A program made the translations under genes and the position numbers. 64,000 bases of DNA from contig NC_088807.1 in the NCBI RefSeq assembly GCF_011386835.1, positions 25,730,001-25,794,000 on the forward strand, written 5' to 3'. This document shows positions 23,866 to 34,648 of the stretch, piece by piece. Position 1 is the first letter of the stretch. Each line of letters starts with the position of its first letter. Under the pieces are notes generated by a model. The model had not been told where the DNA came from and ran no database searches. It saw nothing but the letters and a program-made list of their open reading frames with translations. This DNA is from Chrysemys picta bellii. Taxonomy: Eukaryota.

Positions 23866-26800
23866 GCCGCCAGGACACCACGCCCACCGAGATAAGATGG
23901 ATGGTTACTGCATGTTCAACCACCTGGCCATCGGGGCCAGATACGCCCGGCAAAAACTGGGAGTGGAACGGTGAGGGACTGGTGGTCAGAGCAGGGAGAG
24001 CCTAGAGCCAGGGTGTCCGTGGCCCGGGGGGGCTGGTGCTGAGACCCACTAACGAGCAACCCCCGTCACGAGAGTCTCGTTTCCTTCCAGAGTCCTGATC
24101 GTCGACTGGGACGTTCACCATGGGCAGGGCACCCAGTTCCTCTTCGAGGAGGATCCCAGGTCGGTCCCAGGCGCTTGGAGCCAGGGGAACCCAGAGCCGG
24201 GCTAGCAGGGGCTGTGGGTCGGGAGTGAGGGGCACCGGCAGAGCTGTGGGGGGCAGGGCTAGCAGGGGCTGCGGGTCGGGAGTGAGGGGCACCGGCAGAG
24301 CTGGGGGGCAGGGCTGGGCTAGCAGGGGCTGCGGGTCGGGAGTGAGGGGCACTGGCAGAGCTGGGGGGGGCAGGAGGCTGCGGGTCGGGAGTGAGGGGCA
24401 CCGGCAGAGCTGGGGGGGGCAGGGGGCTGCGGGTCGGGAGTGAGGGGCACCGGCAGGGCTCGGGAGGGGGGGTAGGGGGCTGCGGGTCGGGAGTGAGGGG
24501 CACCAGTCACTGCCCCCCGTCTGCCCCTTCTCTCTGCAGCGTTCTCTATTTCTCCGTCCATCGCTACGAGCAGGGGAGGTTTTGGCCCCACCTTCCGGCT
24601 TCCGACAGCCCCGCCGTGGGGCAGGGCCGCGGAGAGGGATTCAACATTAACGTGCCGTGGAACGCGGTAGGTGCCCTGCCCGGGGCGGGGGCTGCGTGGG
24701 GGGTGAGCCGTCCCTGGGAGGTGTTATGTGCCGCCGTTTCCCAGCCGCCCCAACCCAGAAGTGGCTGCATTTCACCTCCCGCAGACCCATCTAACTGGTC
24801 TGCGTCTCTCCGTCTAGGTGGGAATGAGGGACGGGGATTATCTCGCTGCCTTTTTACACGTCTTACTGCCAGTGGCCTTTGAGGTACGTGGGGGGCAGGA
24901 ATGGGGCAGGGCCTGTCCCCTCTCGGGGGCGCCGGCTCCCACCCGGCCCCAGGGCAGGGGGCTGGCTCAGGGGGTGGGAATGGGGCAGGGCCCGTCCCCT
25001 CTGGGGGGCGCCGGCTCCCATCGGCCCCAGGGCAGGGACTGGCTGGCTCGGGGGGGCGGGGAATGGGGCAGGGCCCGTCCCCTCTGGGGGGCGCCGGCTC
25101 CCACCCGGCCCCCGGGCAGGGACTGGCTGGTTCAGGGGGGTGGGAAAGGAGCAGGGCCCGTCCCCTCCGGGGGGCGCTGGCCGCAATCCGGGGCGTGCTG
25201 GCTCCGGGCTGCGATCTCCTCTGTTCTCTTCTCAGTTCCAACCCCAGCTGGTTCTGGTGGCCGCCGGGTTCGACTCTGTGCTCGGGGACCCCAAGGTAAG
25301 TGCCGCCCCATCCCGCCGCGTTTCGCAGCGCTGCCCTCAGGGGGCGCCCCAGGGGCTAGGCAGGGGGCCTGGGACTCGTTTCAAAGGGCAGCGGCCGGTC
25401 TAGGGGGCTGGGTGGGGGGCCCCACTGTGGGGCGGGGAGAGAGCCTGGTAAACTGATCTTTGCGTCTGCGCCTAGGGCGAGATGGCTGCGTCGGCCGCGT
25501 GCTTCGCTCACCTGACTCATCTGCTCATGGCCCTGGCGGGAGGCAAGGTGCTGCTGTCTTTGGAGGTGAGTGTGGAGCTGACCCACGGCACAGGCTCCCC
25601 CCCAGAACTGACTGCAGCTCAGCCCCGGGCGGCGTTATATGTGGCTGTTCCCCAGCCACCCCGCCCCAGAGGTGGCTGCAGCTCAGCCCCGGGCGGCGTT
25701 ATATGTGGCTGTTCCCCAGCCACCCTGCCCCAGAGGTGGCTGCAGCTCAGGGCCGGGGGTGCTGTTGACCCGTTTTCCCCCCGTCCCCAGGGTGGCTACA
25801 ATCTGAGCTCCCTGGCCGAGGGGGTCTGTGCGGCCCTGAGGACCCTCCTGGGGGACCCCTGTCCCCGGCTGGAGCCGCCTGTTGCCCCCTGTCGCAGGTG
25901 AGCGGGGTCCGAGCGGGTGGGGGTGGGGCGGCCCCACGTTTGCACCCCACTGACTCTGGGCTGCTCCCCTTCCCCAGCGCTCTGAGCTCCGTGTCCAGGA
26001 CGCTCGCGATCCACGAGAAATACTGGCGGAGCCTGCGGAGAGGGGGTGAGTCCTGGCCCCCGGGGGTCCCCCTGCTCGCCCCCAGCCCCTCCAGGGTCCC
26101 TCAGCTCCTCTGAGATGCCCCATCCCAGCCCCTGTGGGGTACCCTCTCCTGCCCCCACAACCTCTTTGGGGGTCCCCTGGCCCCCAGCTTCCGATTCCAC
26201 AGCCAGGAGCCCCACAACCCCATCCCCCTGCTATACCCTGCCCTCAAACTCCCACTGTGCCCCCCGATTTGATGTCACCCCCCATAGCTCAGGGGATTGG
26301 CTCTGATCTCCTCCCCCCCCCCCCCAGAGGCCGACACCCCCCCAGAAGATGTGGAAGAGGAGCCAGCCCCCACGACCCCCCCAGACCCCCGTGAGGTGAC
26401 ACGACCCCTCCCGGCTGCCCGCACTGGCCTGGTGTATGACGAACGCATGACGGAGCATTACAACATGTGGGACAGGTACAGCCCGAATTCCTGGGTTCTT
26501 TCCCGGCTCTGGGAGGGGAGTGGGGGCTGGTGGTTAGAGCAGGGGGGCTGGGAGCCCAGGACTCCTGGGTTCTTTCCCGGCTCTGGAGGGCAGTGGGGGC
26601 TGGTGGTTAGAGATGGGGGGGCTGGGAGCCAGGACTCCTGGGTTCTCTCCCCAGGTCTGGGAGGGGAGTGGGGCTGGTGGTTAGAGCAGGGGGGGGCTGG
26701 GAGCCAGGACTCCTGGGTTCTCTCCCTGGCTCTGGGAGGGGAGTGGGGGCTGGTGGTTAGAGCAGGGGGGGGCTGGGAGCCAGGACGCCTGGGCTCTCTC

Positions 26801-29800
26801 CCCGTCTCTTGGAACGGGGTTGGGGCTGGTGATTAGAGCGGGGGGGGGGCTGGAACCCAGGCGTCCGGGCTCTGAGTCTTTCCCTTCCCCCCCGCCCCAC
26901 AGCCAGCACCCGGAGCTGCCCCAGCGGGTGTCCCGCATCTTCCAGCGCCACAGGGAGCTCCGGCTCACGGAGCGATGCCGCCGCATCCCGGCCCGCAGCG
27001 CTGAGGAAGAAGAGCTAAGAATGTGCCACAGGTAATGGGGGAGGGGCAGCCCGGACGCCTGGGTTCTGTCCCTGGCTCTGGGAGGGAGTGGGTCTGGTGG
27101 TTAGAGCAGGGGGGGCTGGGAGCCAGGACTCCTGGGTTCTCTCCCCGGCTCTGGGAGGGGAGTGGTCTGGTGGTTAGAGCAGGGGGGGGCTGGGAGCCCG
27201 GACGCCTGGGTTCTCTCCCCGGCTCTGGGAGGGGAGTGGGTCTGGTGGTTAGAGCAGGGGGGGCTGGGTGCCCGGACTCCTGGGTTCTCTGCCTGCCTTG
27301 CAGCCTGGCGTACGTGCAGAGGGTGAAGGCCACAGCTGGCATGAAGCCGCGGGAGCTGCACCGCCAGGGGGACCAGTACAACTCCATCTACATCTGCGCC
27401 AGCTCCTACGAGTGCGCCCGGCTGGCAGCCGGCTCTGCCTTCAACGCCGTGCGAGCCGTGCTGGAGGGCGAGGTGAGGGGAGCGGGGCTGGGGGCTCTCC
27501 CCTGGCAGTCGGGGCCAGGCATTGGGAGGGGGAGGGACTCGGGGCGGGGGGGGTACCAGGGGCCACACTCTCCCCTGCCCTTCCCCCCTCCCTTTGCCCC
27601 CCCAAGACTCAGAATGTGAACCCCGGCGTTCAGGCCAAATCCTCATTAAGGGGTTTTCGTTCCGTCTCCTTGTGTCTTCACTTGGAGATGAGACTTCGCT
27701 TCCCGTTCCAGAGGGTCCTTCCCCAGAGGTGGCTGCACCTGTCCGCTCGGGGATGGCTCGCCGGGCTCTGTTCTGTGCGGCTGTTCCCCAGCTGCCCCGC
27801 CCCAGAGGTGGCTGCACCTGTCCGCTCGGGGAGGGTCGCCGGGCACTGTTCTGTGCGGCTGTTCCCCAGCTGCCCCGCCCCAGAGGTGGCTGCAGCTGTC
27901 CGCTCGGGGAGGGTCGCCGGGCACTGTTCTGTGCGGCTGTTCCCCAGCTGCCCCGCCCCAGAGGTGGCTGCAGCTGTCCGCTCGGGGAGGGCTCGCTGGG
28001 CACTGTTCTGTGCGGCTGTTCCCCAGCTGCCCCGCCCCAGAGGTGGCTGCACCTCGGCACCGTCTCAGCCCCGGTGTGCTCTGTGCCCGGCTCTAGGTGC
28101 AGAACGCCGTGGCCATTGTCCGGCCCCCCGGGCATCACGCCGAGTCCGACACAGCCTGTGGCTTCTGCTTCTTCAATTCGGTCGCCCTGGCAGCTCGGTT
28201 CGCGCAGCGCCTGGCGGGACGGCCCATGAGGTGAGCGGGGGGCTGGAGGTTACACTGCGGGGCGGCTGGGGGTCTGGATGCCCCCTGGGTTCTCTCCCTG
28301 GGTCTGCAAGGGGAGGGGGGGCTGGTGGTTAGGGCAGGGGGGCTGGGAGCCAGGACTCCTGGGTTCTCTCCCTGGGTCTGCGAGGGGAGGGGGGGCTGGT
28401 GGTTAGGGCAGGGGGCCTGGGAGCCAGGACTCCTGGGTTGTCTCTCCAGCTCTGGGAGGGAGTGGGGTCTAGTGGTTAGAGCGGGGGGGGGCTGGGAGCC
28501 AGGACTCCTGGGTTCCATCCTCATCATCCCTTCTCCTCGTTGTCAGGGTGATGATCCTGGACTGGGATGTTCACCATGGCAACGGTACCCAGCACATGTT
28601 TGAGGAAGATCCGAGGTACCTTGTCCTCTGGTGGGGAGGCTGCTGGGGGGTGGAGTGGGGGGGTGTCAGCGGGGCGGCGATGCAGGTGGGGGAGGGGCGG
28701 TGACTGGGGCAGTGGGGTGGCTGCAGGGCCGATGCACGTGGGGGAGGGGCGGCAGCAGGTGGCGATGCAGGTAGGGGAGGGGTGGTGATGGGGCAGTCGG
28801 GGGGCAGCAATGCAGGTGGGGGAGGGGGAGGGGCCAGGGCAATGCAGGTGGGGGAGGGGGAGGGGCTGGGGGACAGGGTCCGAGCAGGACTAACCCCGCC
28901 GCCCCCCCCCAGCGTGCTGTACGTCTCTCTGCACCGTTACGACCACGGCACCTTCTTCCCCACCTCTGAGGACGCTGACGCCGACCGGGTGGGGAAGGGG
29001 CCGGGGCCGTGGCTTCACCCTCAACGTGCCCTGGAACGGCCCCCGCATGGGCGATGCCGAGTACCTGGCCGCCTTCCACCGCCTGGTGCTGCCCGTCGCC
29101 TACCAGGTGCGCCGGACACCTGGGTTCTCTCCCAGCGCCGGAAGGGGAGGGGAGGGGAGGGGAGGGGGGAGCCCGGATGCCTAGATCCGCTGGCAGGGGC
29201 TGGGGGTGAGGGGGTGGGGGAGCTGAGCCCGGATGCCTGGGTCCACCGGCCGGGGGGTGGGGGGTCTCAGCTTCTCATTCTCTCTCTCTGCAGTTCGCTC
29301 CAGAGCTGGTTCTGGTGTCGGCTGGGTTTGACGCCGCCCGTGGGGACCCGCTGGGGGGCTACCTGGTGAGCCCCGAGGGCTACGCCCACATGACCCACCT
29401 CCTGCTGGGGCTGGCAGGAGGCCGGGTCGTGCTGGTACTGGAGGTACGTGGGGTAGGGGCCTGTGCCCTCTGGGGGGCGCTGGCTGGCTGAGGGGGGTCA
29501 GGGAGTGGGGCAGGGCTTGTCCCCTGTGGGGGGTGCCGGCTCCCACCCGACCCAGGGCAGGGACTGGCTGGCTCAGGGGGGCGGGGAATGGGGCAAAGCC
29601 CAGAGCTAAACAGGGCGGACGGATGCCGGGCCACGCTGGCTGGGGGGTGTTAACTCCGGCGGGGGCGGGGCCCGGGCGCTCGGTTAACGCTTCACCCGCT
29701 GCCTGCTGGTGCCAATTCCCCGCAAAGCCTCCAGGGACGTCCCGAGGCGCTAAGGTGCTGGGGGAGCCAAGTCTGCGGGAAACGACCAACTCTCCCGGGG

Positions 29801-32800
29801 AGGGGAAACCTGGCTCTGAAACGGGAGGAAAATCTGAAATTTCTGGGGTCCCGGGGAAAGCAAATCCCGTCCGGGGCAGAACCGCTGAACCCCAGCCCAG
29901 GCGTGCGGCTGACGGACGTGAGATTTAATATTTGCCTCAATCCCTTTATTATTGATTCAACTGGTCCTGCTGCTCCGTGGCTTTCAGATACTATTAACCT
30001 GTCAGTTCATCTGCATTAGAATCTTCTTTAGCACGTTCATTGACTGTGATCTGGAGTTAATATCCAGTCTAGCCTTAACAGTCATCAAATGGAGCCATAT
30101 GATTACTACCATCGATCTGATACTGAATGTTCTAATAATCTAATATTGCGGATTTGAGAAATCCTTTCATTATATTTAAATGTGAACAAAATGATCATTA
30201 AAAGAATTTTTCTTTGCGATAAACTTGAACAATAATACATTCAATATATCCTAGATACGTAATATACTTAATATTACATATATTTTATTTACTATAAAGT
30301 AGATAAATCTCTATTTTAATCATGTATTAAATATCAATTTTACGGTCTTATTTTTAAGATATAATATATTAAATACATATGTGATTATAGAATGTGGTGA
30401 GATATATGAAATCGTTCTGTCTAATACTGATTGTATATTACATAGAGATCTAAAATTAATTGTAGTAAAGATAAATTGTACTATATCATTTTAGCTACTA
30501 TCTACTATCTACTGAATAAAACAATATAACCAACCGCTGAATTATAGATTGTGTACTAGACAAGACAGCTGTTCAAGTTACTATCTGTGCTAGATTTGTA
30601 ATTCATTTACTATGTATATTTTATAGTCAATAGGAAAGCGACGATGTAGGAAAACACTAGAATGTTTAACGTTACTATTGTTACTCTATATTATAGATAC
30701 GTTAAATCACATTAAATTTAACGTTATATATTAAAGTAATTAATAAGGTAGTTAGCTATGTGCTATAATTTAATAGTAAATATCCACTTTAATAAGTATT
30801 TATTGAACAGGACTCGCTAAGTGATCCCGTGTTGAATACGCAGTTTTCTCCTCTCTGTCTGGCCTGGGCTGAGCCGACGAGACGCCAGGCAGGGAGGTGC
30901 CGCCGGGGCCGGGCCGGGCGACGTTGGGCTGACCCCGGCCCGTGCTGGGCGCCCCGCGGTGACCTGCCGAGTCCCTGTTCTTGGCCGAGTTGGGTTTTCC
31001 TGATGCCCGTTTTGCCGGCCAGTTCCAAGCGATTCGCCCCTGAGGTCGGTGGCTCCCGGTCGCGAATCAGGGCCGGGAGACGCCAGCCCAGCTCCGGGCA
31101 GGGCGGGGATGTGGCCGGGGTCGAGGCCCGGTGTCTCTTGGTGCTGCGCCGAGGGTGGGGCTGGACAGACGGACGCCCCCAAACCCAGCTCTCTTCTCCC
31201 CCCTTCAGGGAGGCTACAACTTGGTGTCGATCTCCGAGTCCATGACCATGTGCACCCGGACCCTGCTGGGGGACCCGCTGCCCGAGCTGGGGCGCCTGCA
31301 AGCGCCACACCCCAGTGCCCTGCACTCGCTGGCCCGGGCGAGCGCCGAGCACCGCAGATACTGGGCCTGCCTGCGACTGGACGGTAAGTGTGCCTGCCCC
31401 CCCCGCCCCCCCCCGTGCAGCCCCCCCCAGCGGCCCCCCCCAGTGCCGAGCCCCTCACAGCGCGGCCCCCACCCCCAGCACTGAGCCCCCCCAGCGCCGA
31501 GCATCGCAGATACTGGGCCTGCCTGCGACTGGACGGTAAGTGTGCCTGCCCCCCCCGCCCCCCCCGTGCGGCCCCCCCCCAGCGGACCCCCAGTGCCAAG
31601 CCCCTCACAGCGCGGCCCCCATCCCCAGGGCCGAGCCCCTCACAGCGCCGAGCACCGCAGATACTGGGCCTGCCTGCGACTGGACGGTAAGTGTGCCTGC
31701 CCCCCTGCCCCCCCCCCCCGCCAGCACCAAACCCCTCACCCCCAGCGCCGAGCACCCCAGATACTGGGCCTGCCTGTGACTGGACGGTAAGTGCGTCCCG
31801 CCCCCCCCCCCCCCCCCCCCCCCGCCAGCACCAAACCCCTCACCCCCAGCGCCGAGCCCCCCAGATACTGGGCCTGCCTGCGACTGGACGGTAAGTGTGC
31901 CTGCCTGCCTGCCCGCCCGCCCCCCCCCGTTGTGGCCCCCCCCCAGCGACCTCCCCAGCGCCGAGCCTCCCCAGTGCCGAGCACCGCAGATACTGGGCCT
32001 GCCTGCGACTGGCGGTAAGTGTGCCTGCGCCCTCCCCAGCACCGAGCCCCCCCCAGCGTGGCCCCCCCCTCCCAGCACCAAGCCCTGCCTGCCGGGGGAG
32101 AGCGCCCCCTGCGCAGCGCCCGGCCCTGCCCCCGCCCCAGGGTGCTGCGCTACGTAATCTCCATCTCCCGCAGTGCCGATCCGGGAGGACTCAAGGCCCC
32201 GATCCGGGCAGCCGGGCCCCATCCGGGAGGACTCCCCACCAGAGGATCCCTCAGGGGGGTCCGAGAGCCCCCCCGTCTCCGAGGGCTCCGACGATGACAT
32301 CCTGAGGCTGGGAGCCCAGCTGAGCCCTGACTCCGCCCTGCTGGGCGGGGCTTCCCCTGGAGGGGAGGAGCCTCCAGCTTCAGAGGTGTCAGAGGTAGGG
32401 CGGTGGGGGTGGTGGGGGGGGAGGATCTATTAAGGGGGGGGGGTGGTCTGCACTGGATGCCCTGGGATGGGAGTCACCTGGGGATCGGGGGGGGGTGTCT
32501 CAGCTCATGGGTCTTTTCTCTCCCAGGACCCCCCCAGCCTCCTGGACGAAGCAGCCGCCCTGCTCCCCTCCCCCTCCGTCAGCCTGGGGGTGGAGTTCGC
32601 AGACACGGTGAGCCCTGACGCGGCCCCCCCCCCCCCCGTTTCCTTAATCCTCAGTGCTGCCCACCCCCCGGCTGGGCCCTCCCCTGCGCCCCCACCCTCC
32701 TCGCCGGAGTCTCTGCTTCCCTCTGTACCCCCCCCCACACCCCATTTCCCAGCCCGCCCCCCCCCCCCCCGATGAGTGCTCCCATTTGCTGCTGCGCTGG

Positions 32801-34648
32801 GGGCCAGGACGCCTGGGTTTTCTCCTGGCTCTGGGAGGGGAGGGGGGGGCTGGTGGGTTAGAGCAGGGGGGACTGGGGGGCCAGGACGCCTGGGTTCTCT
32901 CCCCGGCTCTGGGAGGGGAGGGGGGCTGGTGGGTTAGAGCAGGGGGACCGGGAGCCCGGACGCCTGGGTTTGATCCTTGTCTCCCTCGTGTCTCTGCAGG
33001 GGACGCTCTACGCCGTGACCCCTCTGCCTTGGTGTCCCCACCTGGAATCGCTCCAGCCCCTTCCCCCGGCCGGGCTGGACGTGCTGGCGCCGTGTGAGGA
33101 GTGCGGCAGCCAGGCCGAGAACTGGGTCTGCCTGGACTGTTACCGGGTGAGACGGTGCCCCTCACTCCCGACTCGCAGCCCCCTGCCAGCCCAGCCCTGC
33201 CGGTGCCCCTCACTCCCGACCCCGCAGCCCCCCACCCTCCCCAGCCCTGCCGGTGCCCCTCACTCCCGACCCGCAGCCCCCCACCCTCCCCAGCCCTGCC
33301 GGTGCCCCTCACTCCCGACCCGCAGCCCCTGCCAGCCCAGCGCTGCCGGTGCCCCTCACTCCCGACCCGCAGCCCCTGCCAGCCCAGCGCTGCCGGAGCC
33401 CCTCACTCCCGACCCGCAGCCCCTGTGGCCGTTAACCCTTTCTCTCCCCAGGTGCTCTGCGGGCGTTACGTCAATCAGCACATGCTGGCTCACGGCTCGG
33501 TTTCCGGCCACCCCCTGGTGCTGAGTTACGCCGACCTGTCGGTCTGGTGCTACACCTGTCAATCATACGTCCATCACCCGGTAAGCCACGCCTCCCTTCA
33601 TGGTCACATGACACAGCCCCCCCTCCAGGCTGGTCAGGGTTCCCCCTCTACCCCTGCCTACGTGAGGGGTGGGGGCAGGGGGCAGATGGGGGGGGCGGTT
33701 GCTGATTGGCTGGGGGCTGAATGGGTTAATTCTTGGGGCTGGGATGTTCCTCCCCCTGCCTTCGTTGCCATATGGAGCGTCCCAACTTTGGGAATAACAC
33801 TCCCCCCGTCCCATTGCTAGAATGGAACATCCCCCCCATGAGCAAGTCACACACCTGTCCCACCTCCACCCCTGCTGTAATGGAATATTCCAGCCCCAGG
33901 AGGAACCCCCCCCCCCGAGTGCATAAGATAATGGAATGGTCTGATGCCAGGTGTGCCCCCCCCAATGGGGGGTAATTTCCTGGGTGGGGCATTCCATTGT
34001 GTTGAAGGAATTGGACCGTCCCATTCCCTGGCAACGGGGGAGTGCACCAATCCCTTCTCGCCAGTGATCATGTGATTCCTGGGGTGGGATGGTCCATTGT
34101 GGTGCCGGGAGGAGTATACTCTGCAGGGACTATTCCATGTTCTGGGCGGGGGGGGGGGAGGAACATTCCATTACAGCAGGAGGAGACTGCCACTTCGGGC
34201 TGGGCTTCTCCGTCACTGGTCGCTAGGGTCCCCCATCTGCAGCCGTTGGCTGGGTCCATTCTCTGCTGACTGGGGGGGGGGGGGGGGCGGAATTACTGCT
34301 GGCTGGGATGATCCATTCTCCCTGGCTGTGTCATGCCTTAGGGTGGGATATACTACTACGGGTTGGGGGGGGGGGATTTAGTGTCTGGGGCAGTACATTC
34401 CCTTATGTAGCAATGGGCGCTTCCAGGGACTGTTCCATTCTCTCCGGAGAGTGGGGGGCGTATGCATGGAGGCTGGGACATTCCATTATTGCCGGGGGGG
34501 GGTAGGCGGTTCCATTGTCCAGGGCGGGGGGCGTAGGCCAGCCCATTCCATTCTGACCTCCGTTCTCTCCCTGCCCCAGACCCTGCTGCCAGCCAAGGCC
34601 CTGGCTCACCGCATGAAGTTCGGGGAGGACCCGGCCACTGGGCTCTGA
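23866..34648 (+). CDS. HDAC6: Histone deacetylase 6 (partial: second half of DAC1, DAC2, ZnF-UBP); 5' exons missing at the assembly gap; one apparent +1 indel
   Basis: Exons, all with AG/GT boundaries: 23866-23970, 24091-24159, 24540-24666, 24818-24883, 25236-25295, 25476-25565, 25791-25897, 25978-26045, 26328-26475, 26903-27031, 27304-27472, 28097-28230, 28547-28615, 28913-29106, 29294-29443, 31209-31383, 32174-32394, 32527-32607, 33000-33146, 33452-33580, 34580-34648 (TGA). Two deacetylase domains (PPGHH/GYCMFN, DWDVHHG twice, GFD, EGGYN) plus a C-terminal ZnF-UBP ([29 protein letters not shown]). Confidence 0.96.
24206..24505 (+). repeat. GC-rich minisatellite (6 copies); an inverted copy lies at 33155-33425
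   Basis: Core GGGGCTGCGGGTCGGGAGTGAGGGGCACCGG. Confidence 0.9.
26490..27290 (+). repeat. 71-bp tRNA-like minisatellite arrays filling two HDAC6 introns (also 28280-28520 and 32800-32975)
   Basis: GGCTGGGAGCCAGGACTCCTGGGTTCTCTCCCCGGCTCTGGGAGGGGAGTGGGGGCTGGTGGTTAGAGCAGGGGG units. Confidence 0.95.
27715..28065 (+). repeat. Tandem array (about 5 x 69 bp) of the CTGTGCGGCTGTTCCCCAGCTGCCCCGCCCCAGAGGTGGCTGCA element
   Basis: Direct repeats; related copies at 23760, 24720, 25620-25750 and 36340. Confidence 0.9.
31345..32030 (+). repeat. Tandem repeat containing the HDAC6 exon 3' end and donor (6 copies)
   Basis: AGATACTGGGCCTGCCTGCGACTGGACG|GTAAGT, with GT at 31384, 31536, 31687, 31787, 31891 and 32015. 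Confidence 0.95.

Noticed and set aside
29952-30143. 63-aa ORF in the AT-rich block as a viral or foreign gene
   Set aside because: Short, non-ATG start, no motif; the surrounding frames are full of stops.
23866-34648. HDAC10 as alternative identity
   Set aside because: Both deacetylase domains have intact catalytic motifs and a C-terminal ZnF-UBP is present, which is diagnostic for HDAC6.
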